The position numbers were made by a program, and so were the translations under genes. From Catajapyx aquilonaris (lineage: Eukaryota), in contig KZ539051.1 of NCBI GenBank assembly GCA_000934665.2, positions 1-35,232 on the forward strand: a DNA stretch of 35,232 nucleotides, written 5' to 3'. Below, piece by piece: positions 1 through 10,706 of the stretch. The notes under the pieces are model-generated. The model had not been told where the DNA came from, searched no databases, and saw only the letters and a program-made list of their open reading frames with translations. How positions within the stretch are numbered: the first letter of the stretch is position 1; each line of letters begins with the position of its first letter.

Positions 1-92
1 AATTTGCCGCAAGTCGCGCCGTTTGCCGCGCGACATTTTTTTTGTGAAATGGCCTTTATATGCTGCCAGGGGGGTCCAGGCGCGGAAAAGAG

Positions 93-220
93 TAAGGTAG
101 CAGATCTGAAGCTCAAATTAGCCTCCGAGAGAGTCCACCAGCTCAGAGGGCACATGCAGCTAGGCGTAGCTCCATGTGGCCTCTCTTGAAGGCTAATTTC
201 AGCTTCAGATCTGCGACTTA
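93..220. mobile_element. Fold-back MITE-like element, family A, copy 1
   Basis: Imperfect ~45-bp inverted arms: TAAGGTAGCAGATCTGAAGCTCAAATTAGCCTCCGAGAGAGTCCAC versus the reverse complement of GTGGCCTCTCTTGAAGGCTAATTTCAGCTTCAGATCTGCGACTTA. A second, oppositely oriented copy lies at ~30770-30887. Confidence 0.8.
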
Positions 221-1200
221 TTGAGGCATTTCCTCGGCTGTAATAATGACCAAAAAATGTTCCGGACAAAATGCAACCAGGGAAGGTGTTTCTTTTCCTG
301 GCCGTTTCGAACATGTCGCGTCTCGACCGCGTCTCGTCCACACGGTCCACATAATCAGTCACTCCCACCCCCACCCTTGGAGCCTCTTCTTCCACCTACC
401 CGAGTCCAGAGGCAAATTACGAACACGTTCAATGGCACTGAGAGGTGAATGGAACTCGACTCGTTTTTATCGGCTTTTAATGGAGTGGGTCGGAAGTGGC
501 CTCGTTAAATGGGCCAGGGAAAGGTATGGGGTTGGGTGGGTGGGGAGCAGGAGGAGGAGGACCTCGGAGGAGACCCGACCTCCCCCCATTAAAATGAGAG
601 AAATCTGTAACGCCATTGCATGCTAGTCATCAATTGAGGACTCCATTCCCCGGACTGTCCCGCCTGTCCTTTTTATTGATTCATCGTTTTGGAGGATTAT
701 TGTGGACAGCTCTCTTCAAGGGTTAGTCTGAGGGACGCCACGGGGACATTAAATGCTGGCACCTTGCCCTAAAGAGGGCCATAAAAATATTGAAAACATT
801 GTTGGCATCTGAAAAATTATCGCTTTTGACATTATGAACCATTCCTATATATAAATGCTACGTCCACACCGTTCTTCGGGCGGTAAAATTGGACACTTCC
901 CGACTCCCAAGTCGCTTCAACTTGCCCAATTTGAGTGCATAGGAAGATACACGCGCACACACCTACAAGAGTTCGACCCGACTTTCTTTTGATTCCGGAT
1001 ATGTTTCGGCTTCTTTCAGGTGCTTTTGAGATTACACGACACTGCCGGCAGGTCAACACTACTTGTCACAACTGATCGTGAGATTTGGACTGGATGGACG
1101 TGGATGTGGTGGATGCAGCTGTCGCACGAAAAGCAACAATCGGTAAGACCGTAAGAGTAATTTCAATCTTGTACGGTATCACTGCAATCGAAGGGTGCAC

Positions 1201-1413
1201 TACACTGTAAACCGAAACAACCATTAAAAGAGCATCACTCCTGAGTCTCCCATGGAACGTCAATTTTGATGCTCTTGTAATGCTATTGTGATGTTTAATG
1301 CTTTTTAGCCAACAAAAAGCATCACAAGAGCATTAAAAAATTGATGTTCCATGAGCGACTCAGTAATGATGCGCTCTTTTAATGCTTTGCTGCGCTTTGC
1401 AGTTTACCATGTA
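1201..1413. mobile_element. Fold-back MITE with TACACTGTAAAC terminus (possibly EnSpm/CACTA-like), family B, copy 1
   Basis: Starts TACACTGTAAAC and ends GTTTACCATGTA. Internal arms CATTAAAAGAGCATCACTCCTGAGTCTCCCATGGAACGTCAATTTT and AAAATTGATGTTCCATGAGCGACTCAGTAATGATGCGCTCTTTTAATG are inverted. Homologous copy at 28378-28714. The superfamily assignment is inferred from the CACTG end only. Confidence 0.8.
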
Positions 1414-2460
1414 CAGTACAGTATGTGCCAATGTATGCGTACATGGTTATAAAGGCAATACATTTGCCTGAACGAAATTTTCCAGGCACAAATTGGTTCA
1501 GATAATTGAGCAACTTTTATTTTTAGTATGCAAAATTAGAGATTTTTCTTTTCTTCATTTTTGTTGACTTGTTGACCTTACACCTCTTAGGTAAAGTGCA
1601 AAGGATCAGAAAGTGTGCCATTTTTTCTGTACTTATTCAGTGTTATTCTTCCGCGTTTGTTGTTTGCCGTACACTCAATTTGGCACCAGAGATCCTCATA
1701 AAATATCTGGTCTATCAGCTTGAGTCGGTCCTGAGTGCGTATATACTCTGTCTGACGGAAGGCTAGATACGTAATGATTGCATTTGCACAAATGGCCGGA
1801 GTGGGCCTAATAAGCGTCTCCATCATGCAATTTGGACACACAGCACACTGTCCGATTACAATCTGCAAGATTAGGGTAAGTGCTCTGTCTCTCTCACACA
1901 CAGTATGGCTCGGGCACGTGTGCGATAAGGCAATACATCTTGCTCCGTTGTGCAGCCTGAATTATGAATGTCTACAAGCACACCCCTTCCACCAGTACTG
2001 CACTGTACGTAACGGAATTACCGCCGGATAATTCCTGGCTAGCCTTGCTGCAGGAGGAGAGATTTGATTAGGTTTGAAGGCGGCACAAACCCGACGCCGG
2101 TTAGTATCCGCGGCGGATCTGGATTCATCCATCAGTCTATGTCCCTGAGTCGCTGCGATGCTATGTGTGCGTGTGTGTCATCTCATCATCCGGGAGCTTG
2201 TACCGCGGTCCGGACCATTGTCCCGTCTACTTGGAACGACATGGTTTAATTACAAAATGATGGGCTGAGGAAACAAGGCCCCAATCCCCGCCCACTCACT
2301 TCCAACAAGGGACGCAGGCATGTTTCTTATACGGGACAGGGCTCGGCCTCCGGGCCCTCTATGTCCAACACTGCTGCTAGAAATTCACCCGCTTTTCCTG
2401 GCCACATACTACATAATTTGGCTACTTTTATTAATTGGTTAAAAGCGGTTGAAATCCACT

Positions 2461-2600
2461 TAAACAGTTGTACGTAGCAGTTCATTTTAAACAGTTGCAA
2501 GTATCAGTTACTGTAACTGGTTGTAAACAGCAGTTATAGTATAACTATAGTTGTGAGTAGCAGTTACTTTAAACTGCTATTGGTAACAGTTTAAGCTGCT
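2461..2600. repeat. Degenerate ~26-29 bp tandem repeat (4-5 units) rich in CAGTT/AACTG
   Basis: Successive units: TAAACAGTTGTACGTAGCAGTTCATTT / TAAACAGTTGCAAGTATCAGTTACTG / TAACTGGTTGTAAACAGCAGTTATAGTA / TAACTATAGTTGTGAGTAGCAGTTACTTT. Confidence 0.65.
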
Positions 2601-3646
2601 ATACGTAACCTATTTCCTGATTATTAGAAAACAGAAATGCTGCGATGTAAGTAAGTTGCTTTCTTCTATAGTATCATTCCGTATACACCTGGGGTACACC
2701 CGCACGCAAACACAGACAAAAAAAAGATGTTGCCGAGAGGCAATCACTAAATGGGGGGACGGTGGGGGGGGGGAGAAGGAGGGAGGATGTAATAGGGGGG
2801 GATGGACCTAAGGAAAGAAGAGGCCTAGGAGACTAATTAGAGAGAGTGAGCACTGTTGCTGACATTCCGGGGATGGATTCAAGTTGCTCCCAATGCGACT
2901 TGGGAAGGGAAGCAGGGAGGGAGAGAATAAATTCGGAAGGAATTTGCGATGATTGCATACAAGCTTAGATAATAATAATAATCAGCAAGTCATGAAAGTC
3001 TTAGAACAATAGTGACAATAATTCATGCCTTCATGATTATGGTATTTGGGTTATGACATTATTTTCTTTCTGCAGCGATATTTCCAGAAAGTGATTTGCA
3101 CATTGTGGAATGTGGGAAAAGTACAATGAGAAAACTGTAGTTCACACTCGTTAACTCCATCTCAAATGAATAATTTGCAACTCTAAAAATTGGGTTTCGA
3201 AAAAAAAAATTTAAACGAAGTTGGTAAAATGCTCGTAACGCCTTTATGTGGCAATTTGAAGTTTTGAAAACTGGTAATTTCCAAATCCTCATTTCTCACA
3301 TTGAGGATCAGGCAAAAACTCAGTTAGGATATGCTTTTTCATCTAAGCTAATACTATTGAAAACAATCTCGCAAAACTCTATTGCAGGGAGGGTACACAC
3401 CAAAAAATTGCTTCGCGATTACTCGGCTAAGTTTTTGGCGTGACCGAAGAGGGGCTCGCAATTATCAGTGCATTAGTTTTTATTCCTTTTAAAAGTCTAT
3501 ATACTCCAAAGGGCTTTTTTGCCATGCACTCTGTTTCTATCTCCGGAAACTAGACTGCCACTTCTCGCTTCAGTGGAGTAATTGCAAAATGGTGTAGGGC
3601 TTTACATGTGAGTACAGTACTTTATACCCTTTCCAAGCGATATTCT

Positions 3647-3761
3647 GTAAGACCCGATATGGTCTTGAAAAAGCAGGTTAATGCTAATGGTAATTTATTG
3701 GCATTAGCCCTATTTTCAATGATAGAATGGCACTGATGACGCTATGTGAAACAGGTCTTAC
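3647..3761. mobile_element. Small degenerate inverted-repeat element (possible MITE remnant)
   Basis: Ends are GTAAGACC...GGTCTTAC. An internal inverted pair reads TTGAAAAAGCAGGTTAATGCTAAT / ATTGGCATTAGCCCTATTTTCAA. The 12-mer CTGTAAGACCCG recurs at ~9076. Confidence 0.4.
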
Positions 3762-4125
3762 TGTTCCCAAACACACGTGCTGGCCTTACAATCACACGAC
3801 TACTCGCTAAACGTATCCTCAAAGTTATACCGTACCGTCTTGGAAGGAAAAGGACCTGGGCCGGTTGAATCAACTAAAAGTCCCTTCCTGAAAGCTGTTC
3901 GTTTTACGAGGACCGGAGGAGAGAAAATCCGCTTAGAAGCCACCAAATTCCATCTCATGATTGCTCTTCGCCGTTGGTTCTACGGGCCATTAGAGAATGC
4001 CCCCAATCCTCCAGGAGAGAAACTACCTTGTTTAATTGGGAATTTTCAGGACCAACTACTGCTACCTTTTTGCTATACCCTCACATCCTTCCTAACCCCG
4101 CAACACAAACACTCCCAAGGAGCAA

Positions 4126-4397
4126 CATAGTACCATACCCCTCGCATAGATGGCCTCTATACGCACAGTGCTGCCACTGAGTGGTACTATACAGTGGCGG
4201 AAATTAATGGATATATCCACAAGTATCGCCGCCTAGTGCTGGAGTAGCTTTTCCTTGACATGAAGCACCTCCGTGATAATACGGATGTGCTTCGTGTAAA
4301 CTTGTAAAGGAAAAGCTCCCCCAGGCGGCGATACCTGGGGATATCCACATGCACCTAGCTGATCCTGGACAAACAGAGGCACAGACTCTAGCCAATT
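4126..4397 (-). repeat. Dispersed AGATGGCGC-core repeat (family X), copy interrupted by a hairpin element
   Basis: 4126-4190 (CATAGTACCA...CGCATAGATGGCCTC...CTGCCACT...GGTACTAT) matches the family core. 4349-4397 (ATGCACCTAGCTGAT...GGACAAACAGAGGCACAGACTCTAGCCAATT) matches the family flank seen at 19974-20028, 24923-24950 and 31540-31570. Confidence 0.7.
4208..4347. mobile_element. 140-bp fold-back element inserted in a family X copy
   Basis: Left arm TGGATAT..CC.CAAGTATCGCCGCCT...AGCTTTTCCTTGACATGAAGCACCTCCGT, then a 6-nt loop GATAAT, then right arm ACGGATGTGCTTCGTGT...AAGGAAAAGCT...AGGCGGCGATACCTGGGGATATCCA. Confidence 0.8.
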
Positions 4398-5310
4398 TGC
4401 ATGCAGACTAACTTTTCATTCATTCAACCGGCCTGGCATCAGCATCCAGACCCCCATCAGCATCATAATATCTGACTGGAATCATGGAGCCGAAAAATAC
4501 TTGTCAGGAAATCTTTCCCTTCCCCACCCCAAGCAGCCGATGCGAAGTGAGCGCCTAATTCGCTTTATATAATGATTTGATTAATTAAATTGCCCACCTC
4601 TGCTTTGGAGATTATAATTCAGTGGACTATGGTAATTCATAATTGTTGCTGCGTTAGTCCACTTTGCTTAGCGGGTGGAAAACGGAGCCCAGAAATTAGT
4701 GTGTCCCAGGGAGCCCAGAGGCTTTCCCTGCTGCCTGCTGCTCCATATATATACTAGACATACACACAGAGAGCAAAGGGCTTGAATCATTGAAACATTC
4801 TCCGAAAAATGTTTAGCAGATATGTCAATTTCCTCCGAGGCAAAGGTATGCCCCGTGGCACTCCGACTTGTTCAGTAATATTTTCCAACATTTCCCCCCC
4901 TTTTCCTTTTGGATTTGATCTCCCGGGCTACAAAGACAAATTGCGGCTCCCTTGTCAAAGATTGCCTATTGTGAACCGTGTTGCCAGCTAATTAAATTGG
5001 CAAAGGCAGCCCCGTGGAAGCAATGGAATCTGCGACATCCACTGCAGCAGAGGAGGACAGGAGGGGAGGGGAGAGCGGCGCATTACAAAGGGGGGGGTGG
5101 GAAGGGGAGGGGGGTGGAAAATGGTCCTGCAGCAGCAGCGTGTCCTTTTACTTCCGCCACATGAGGCCTGTAATCTCCATCTCTCAAGCTCAACGCGCCT
5201 GCTTCACCTATACTTGCTGCTTACCAACTTGCCTCATTTACACCCCCACAGGGGGAGACACATTCATTCAAAATCATTTTGGGTGCCCCTAGACACACTC
5301 GGCCAGTCTT

Positions 5311-5565
5311 TCCGTTTGTTTGTCCGGAAACAGCCAGGCAGTACTGCTACCTGGCACGACCTGAGAGTGGCAGTAGTGTGCAACGAGGGAGGATGCGCCA
5401 TCTATGATCAAAGTTTTGCCGATTAGTCTATTTCCTAAAAGGCTTATTCTCTCCGTCGGATGTGTGTCAGACCTGATAGTACCACTAGCACGCACACGAC
5501 CTGAGGGTGGCAGGAGTGTACATAGCGAGTACGCGCCACCTATGCGTCAAGAATAGTACTACGTG
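5311..5565 (+). repeat. Two tandem family X copies (~140-bp period)
   Basis: CACGACCTGAGAGTGGCAGTAGTGTGCA...GGATGCGCCATCTATG (5355-5406) and CACGACCTGAGGGTGGCAGGAGTGTACA...GCGCCACCTATG (5495-5544). Confidence 0.8.
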
Positions 5566-7113
5566 GTACATCGGCGGGCCTTCTCATTAACAAAGTTGTT
5601 TAATTGTCATTCTCATACTGATTATAGATTTTGCCAAATTTTAGCAACGGGTTCACCAGTTAACAATAGCTGACGTGTCCTTACCATGTCCTTATAGAGT
5701 TTCAGTTTTGCGTCCAGTGCTGAATGTTTTGTCCAGCTGTCCACACACACCTGTCCGATAAGATACACACTTTTTTTTCCATTCCGAGTCCCCAAAGCAG
5801 GATATTGCATCCTAATTTCGACATCGATCAGCAGGCGATGCTTGCGTTGCCTGGAGAATCAATGCTGCTTTCATTATTTGTGTGATGGGTCATTAGTAGT
5901 AATGGAATATTTAATTGCGTGAGGGACGTGCTACGAAACTGTCTATGAATAATGATTTTTCGAAAAACTCGTGCCAGGCTCTCTGGCTGCTGGAATTATT
6001 ATAGGCGTCTTATTCGCTGACCCTTACGTAAGTCGACCTTCATCCGTTTTTAGTAAACAGACTTAATGGCCAGTTTTTTCAGTCCCCTCCAAACTGTTAG
6101 GGATAAATCACCTTTCGCGCTTTCCCACAACAATCTACGCAATATTTTTCCACCACAAAGCGTGAGCGGTTTTAACAAGATCGTGTGGCTAAGCTGGTTA
6201 TTGCCTTAAATTAATTAACTTTTGGCTCTTTATCTTGTAAGCACTTAAAATGGCCTGCCTAATAGGGTTCTGTTGCCTTTTAATAAGAGACAAAAACATG
6301 GGAAACTTAACTCATTAATTCCACTGATTGTTTATTTGCTGTTTCCTCGGGTATTTCTTTATGGGCGACGGCTGTCATGCGTTGAAATTAAGTTGCCAGA
6401 TTTGTACATTGTTGGCACCAGCAAGGTGTGTCGCCCCCGCAACAGGTCACGCCCAAGCCCGGAGCGATGAATAATAACGCTTAATATGTATAAGAAATGT
6501 CAGAGGGCAAATTACACCCGCATAATAATTTGAGCTGCAGAAGAGCATAAAATACGTGTTAAAACGAGGGGTTGGGGTCCGTGGGAGTGATAAAGTCGTC
6601 CCTAGAACGAGTCAAGTGATGATGGTGGGGTCATTTGGAGGTGAAAATGAGGGCTCCATGTGGCGTAGGGGTGATTCCAATAGACGTCCCCCCCAGCCAG
6701 CTCTTTATAATAATTTTCCAACCTCTTACCTGCCGGACTCTCACGCTTCTCTGCTTCTAGCCCTTCCCTTGACTAATCTATGGCCCAGGATAAGCATGCC
6801 CGTGAAAAAATTACCGCCCAACTCAATTTTCCTCTGGCATCGCCTCAGGGAGATTCTCACGCACTCCTAACCTTTTCCCTCCCCACATAATGTTGGGGGA
6901 GACCATGGGCAGGTATAAGGGGGACAGACCCTCTAATGGCCCCCATCAAATGCTTTGTGTAGGAGGATGTGACAAGGGGCTTGTGAAAGAAAGCTGTCAC
7001 TAGTTTTTTGACATTGAAGAAAAGGTGTAGACCACATGATGTCATGTGTGCATCGGGCGTACACAATATTGAGAGAGTCTACACTCCTTATTTAAAACGA
7101 TCCTGCAGCACAA

Positions 7114-7269
7114 GTGTTGTGGTTTCGGAATATCGCTACAGCACGCATGTAGCTCGGACTTTAGGTAGCCTCGACTTACGTAGATCTTGACTTCGTATAA
7201 AAAAATCCGACATGCGCAATAAATCGCTGAATTTACGGAATCGGTGTGCTTATTCCGAAACCACAACAC
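7114..7269. mobile_element. MITE-like element with a perfect 19-bp inverted repeat
   Basis: GTGTTGTGGTTTCGGAATA (7114-7132) and TATTCCGAAACCACAACAC (7251-7269). The right end continues CTTTTAA, reminiscent of TTAA-targeting Kolobok-type ends (inference). A degenerate left end AAGTGTTGTGTTTTCGGA occurs at ~7671-7688. Confidence 0.65.
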
Positions 7270-8086
7270 CTTTTAACGGGTCCAAGCTCCTCAGCCGTTA
7301 GTCTTATTATATGTGAATTTTTTAACGAACGAAACTGAGTGTATACAGTTCGCACAGCCTGCATGGTTGGCATTATCAATTGTAGTTGGTGAGGTCTCTG
7401 TATATATAGTGAGTGTACTGCGTTGCACATATTTCTAACGCTACGCTTGGGTGGGAGAAACAAAATTGCCGCAATTTACAACTTGGCCAAAGATCTGGAA
7501 CGACTTAGAGGCTGTGGGTGTGAATTATTTTGGGGGGCCCCTGATGAGTAACTCTGGCAACGTTGTTGTAAGAGAAATGTAGCTGCGCGAGTGTGGGTGA
7601 GCACTCCGTTGCGCTAGTTTAAAAACCTATAATTGGGCGCCATGGGACCCAAGACCGGGGACATTGCAAAAAGTGTTGTGTTTTCGGACCATTACATAAC
7701 ATGGCTCCGAATAATTACTGTATACGTAAAAATCGACTTACACGAAGGGTTACGGAACAGTGCACTCTGGGACTTCCTGTACATTCCTTGTATCAAGGAA
7801 CGTTTGGGTGTCCTGATCCCGTTAGAGACCAAGGTGTGGATGGCGTGGATGGAACATTGCATGTGTATAAACCCTCCCTTTCCCCCCCAACAGTCGAAGG
7901 CATAAGAAGCGATGTGAAAAAAGGTGGAAATGTGCTGAGATACGGTCAGTTGCACCCTAAATGAAATTATTCGGATTGGGGCAGCCTTCCGTGAGAAGAG
8001 GTGCGTGTCAGGTCCCATTCCTTCCCGTTGCCGGCTCATCAGAGTGGATGGTGAATCCCCCCTACTCTCTATGGGGTTCTATATAG

Positions 8087-8184
8087 CTCTCTCTCTCTCT
8101 CTCTCTCTCATCTCTCTTCAACTTTTCCAGCCAGCAGTTACCACCTTCCTCTCTCTCTCTCTCCCTCTCTCTCCCTCTCTCTCT
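8087..8184. repeat. Interrupted (CT)n microsatellite
   Basis: Two CT dinucleotide tracts separated by ~35 bp. Confidence 0.9.
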
Positions 8185-9987
8185 GCCTAGCTGCCTCTCC
8201 ATCCCTCCTCCTCCCCCTACCCTACAGTAGGGCCTAATTGCGGCTGCTTTCCTATTCACTGCGATTGAAAATGAAGCCCTTATTGCCCTCACGGAGTTTC
8301 AACTAATTGAGTGGGGATAATGAGGTAAACCCTGCTGCTAGCGGGCCTGAAGGCCGAGTTATAACGATGGTGTTCCTGGACAATGAAATGCACCTTCTTT
8401 GTCTCGCGCAAAAAAAAGAGGGGCTCCCAATAATAAATGTGCTTTGCCCGTACTTTAATAAGGCGCTCTACTAATGAAGTGGGCATTATACGGGCTTGCT
8501 TATTTTGTGAAGAACTGGTTAACGAATCTTGTTGAGCCATGGGGGTATAGTAGGAGAGGGGGATAGAGAGGAGTGGAGGGGGGGGGAAGAGAGAGGGGGG
8601 GGGGGGGCTTTTGCGGCCACAAGTCGTCCAGCCCTGCAGATACCCAGGATATATGCAGAGTACACTCTCTTCACAAAGTACGCGGATTTTGCCCATAATT
8701 AGCCGCTGCAGCAGCCGTATAGTCCCACGGATACAAAGGATCCTCGAGCAANTCTCTCTCTGCCTCTCTTGCTGTAAGTTGAATATATGGACTAAGAGAT
8801 GTATAACGTGCTTTACCAGTAGTTATCATAAGTATTAGCTGCTGATTTTTATTTTTGAACAATACCTTACAGTTACACGAACTACTGGTTTTTAAATCAT
8901 TCAGCTCTTTGTTGCTTTCCGGCCTCTGAATTAGATTAGAATGACCTCCCGAAACTCCCGTCTGACCTCCTCCCATTTATCCCTCGAAGCATGTTTCTGT
9001 TGTGTGAGAATCCAGCCCACAAATCATCTATAGCTAATGAACGTCAGTCCTTTCGGAGGCATGATGGTGCATACCTGTAAGACCCGGGCAGATTGCAAAA
9101 TGTAGTGTATCTAACATGTATGGGGAAAAGGCAACAGGCAAAACCATAGGGGAAAACGATGGAAGCTTTTGTTAGCAGTGCTTGTTCCCTCGGACCTCGC
9201 AGCCATATTTGTTCGCGTAACATAAGCTCCGGCCCAGGTTCTAGGTGCGTTTGTTGTATGAAAAGGGGGGGGGGGGCAACTCATATACTGGCTAGGTGTA
9301 TCTATATATATCCGCGAATTCCTGACCGGGAATAAGCACAATAGCGCCGGGAAGTCTACATATGAACCTAAGGGGCACATCTCAAATAACAAGCCGGCAA
9401 TGGCGACTGCCTCGGGCCTCTGCCCACAAAGATCTGAGCTCGGCTTTTGGATTTACATGAGGGAATTGGAGGGGGGGTCCACTGTACTACTTTCCTCTCT
9501 CTGCTGCTGGTAGTATATATATATCGGATACATTTTCATACAAAGGTAACTGCGCTCGTCATCCTTGTTGAAGAGGGGGTTTTTAATGCCCTCTCCCCTC
9601 CGACCCTTTTGCGAAACTGACGTGTAGTTGAGCACTAAGTCGCAGGTGTGTAATACGGGCACAACCTTTGCATGAAGGGGGAGGGCTTGAAATACCGACA
9701 GTTCATGATCGTTCAAGAGGAAAATCACTTGGGCTGGAACATGTGTTGTGGACTCAATGCAAGGAAGAATTATTATTACCTCTTAACGTGTATAATTTTG
9801 TACTGGCAATACCCTCGCTTTATCCCAAAAGGCAGAGCGTTTGTAATAATACCGGCGTGAAAATTTGCGAATAATTTCTAATTATGAAATAATACAAGGC
9901 ACTGTATGGTTGATATAATTCACAGAGAAACCAGTTACAGATAGCCATTTTTTCAATGAAGCAGCTAATTTTTACAGTTACAATATA

Positions 9988-10706
9988 CAGTAAAACCTCG
10001 ATGTAACGCTCTTCTATAGGGACCGCCCAAAATTGGCGTTTTATGCGGGATATACGATTTAATTCACGCTTTTCTGGATGAATGCCTTCAGTGCTGGAAA
10101 TGAATGCCTTCACTGTTGCTACGTATGTACGCGGGCGGGTCAAAACAAATTGGGACTGATTTTTAGCGATAAAGAGAATATGTTCATGACTTTTCGTGAG
10201 TGGCATCGCGTCCAGAATGCCTTGAAGTATTAGATCACCAATTTTTCTTTGAATATTCCGAAAGCCCAGGCGACAGTGACACAGGAAGTAAGCCTACGTT
10301 TGCATTCGCCTCCGCTCTGCCAGCAGGTTGGCATGCAGTGAGGAGGGCCAACATTCAGAGATATGAGGTTTTTCTTCCGTTTGAAAATAACAGCGGCCGA
10401 GGCATATGGCATGGTATAGGAGATGTGTATGGCGACGAAGTATTCCTGGAAGAGCGGAGGCGAATATTAAGCAAGGTCTACTTCCGGTGTCACTGTCGTT
10501 TGGGATTTTAAAATATTCAAGCAAAAATTGGTGATCTAATACTTCAAGCCATTCTGGACACGATGTCATTCACGAAAAGTCATGAACTTTATCACATAAA
10601 AAGTCAGTCCCAATTTGTTTTGACTCGCCCTCGTAGATTGAAGCCTATAAACCATGTTAAGCTGAACTGACCTGCCCACGTACCACGTTATATCGAGGGT
10701 TTACTG
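9988..10706. mobile_element. pogo/Tigger-like (Tc1/mariner superfamily) MITE, outer element
   Basis: TA|CAGTAAAACCTCGATGTAACG ... CGTTATATCGAGGGTTTACTG|TA. The TIR matches at 19/21 and is flanked by a TA duplication. Confidence 0.85.
10130..10633. mobile_element. mariner-like fold-back MITE nested in the outer MITE
   Basis: TA|CGCGGGCGGGTCAAAACAAATTGGGACTGA ... TCAGTCCCAATTTGTTTTGACTCGCCCTCG|TA. The inverted arms are ~190 bp around a ~120-bp spacer, with a TA duplication. Confidence 0.9.

Noticed and set aside
10200..10569. Two opposite-strand ORFs with near-identical N-termini (PECLEVLDHQF / PEWLEVLDHQF)
   Set aside because: Artefact of the inverted arms of the nested MITE, not a paralogous gene pair.
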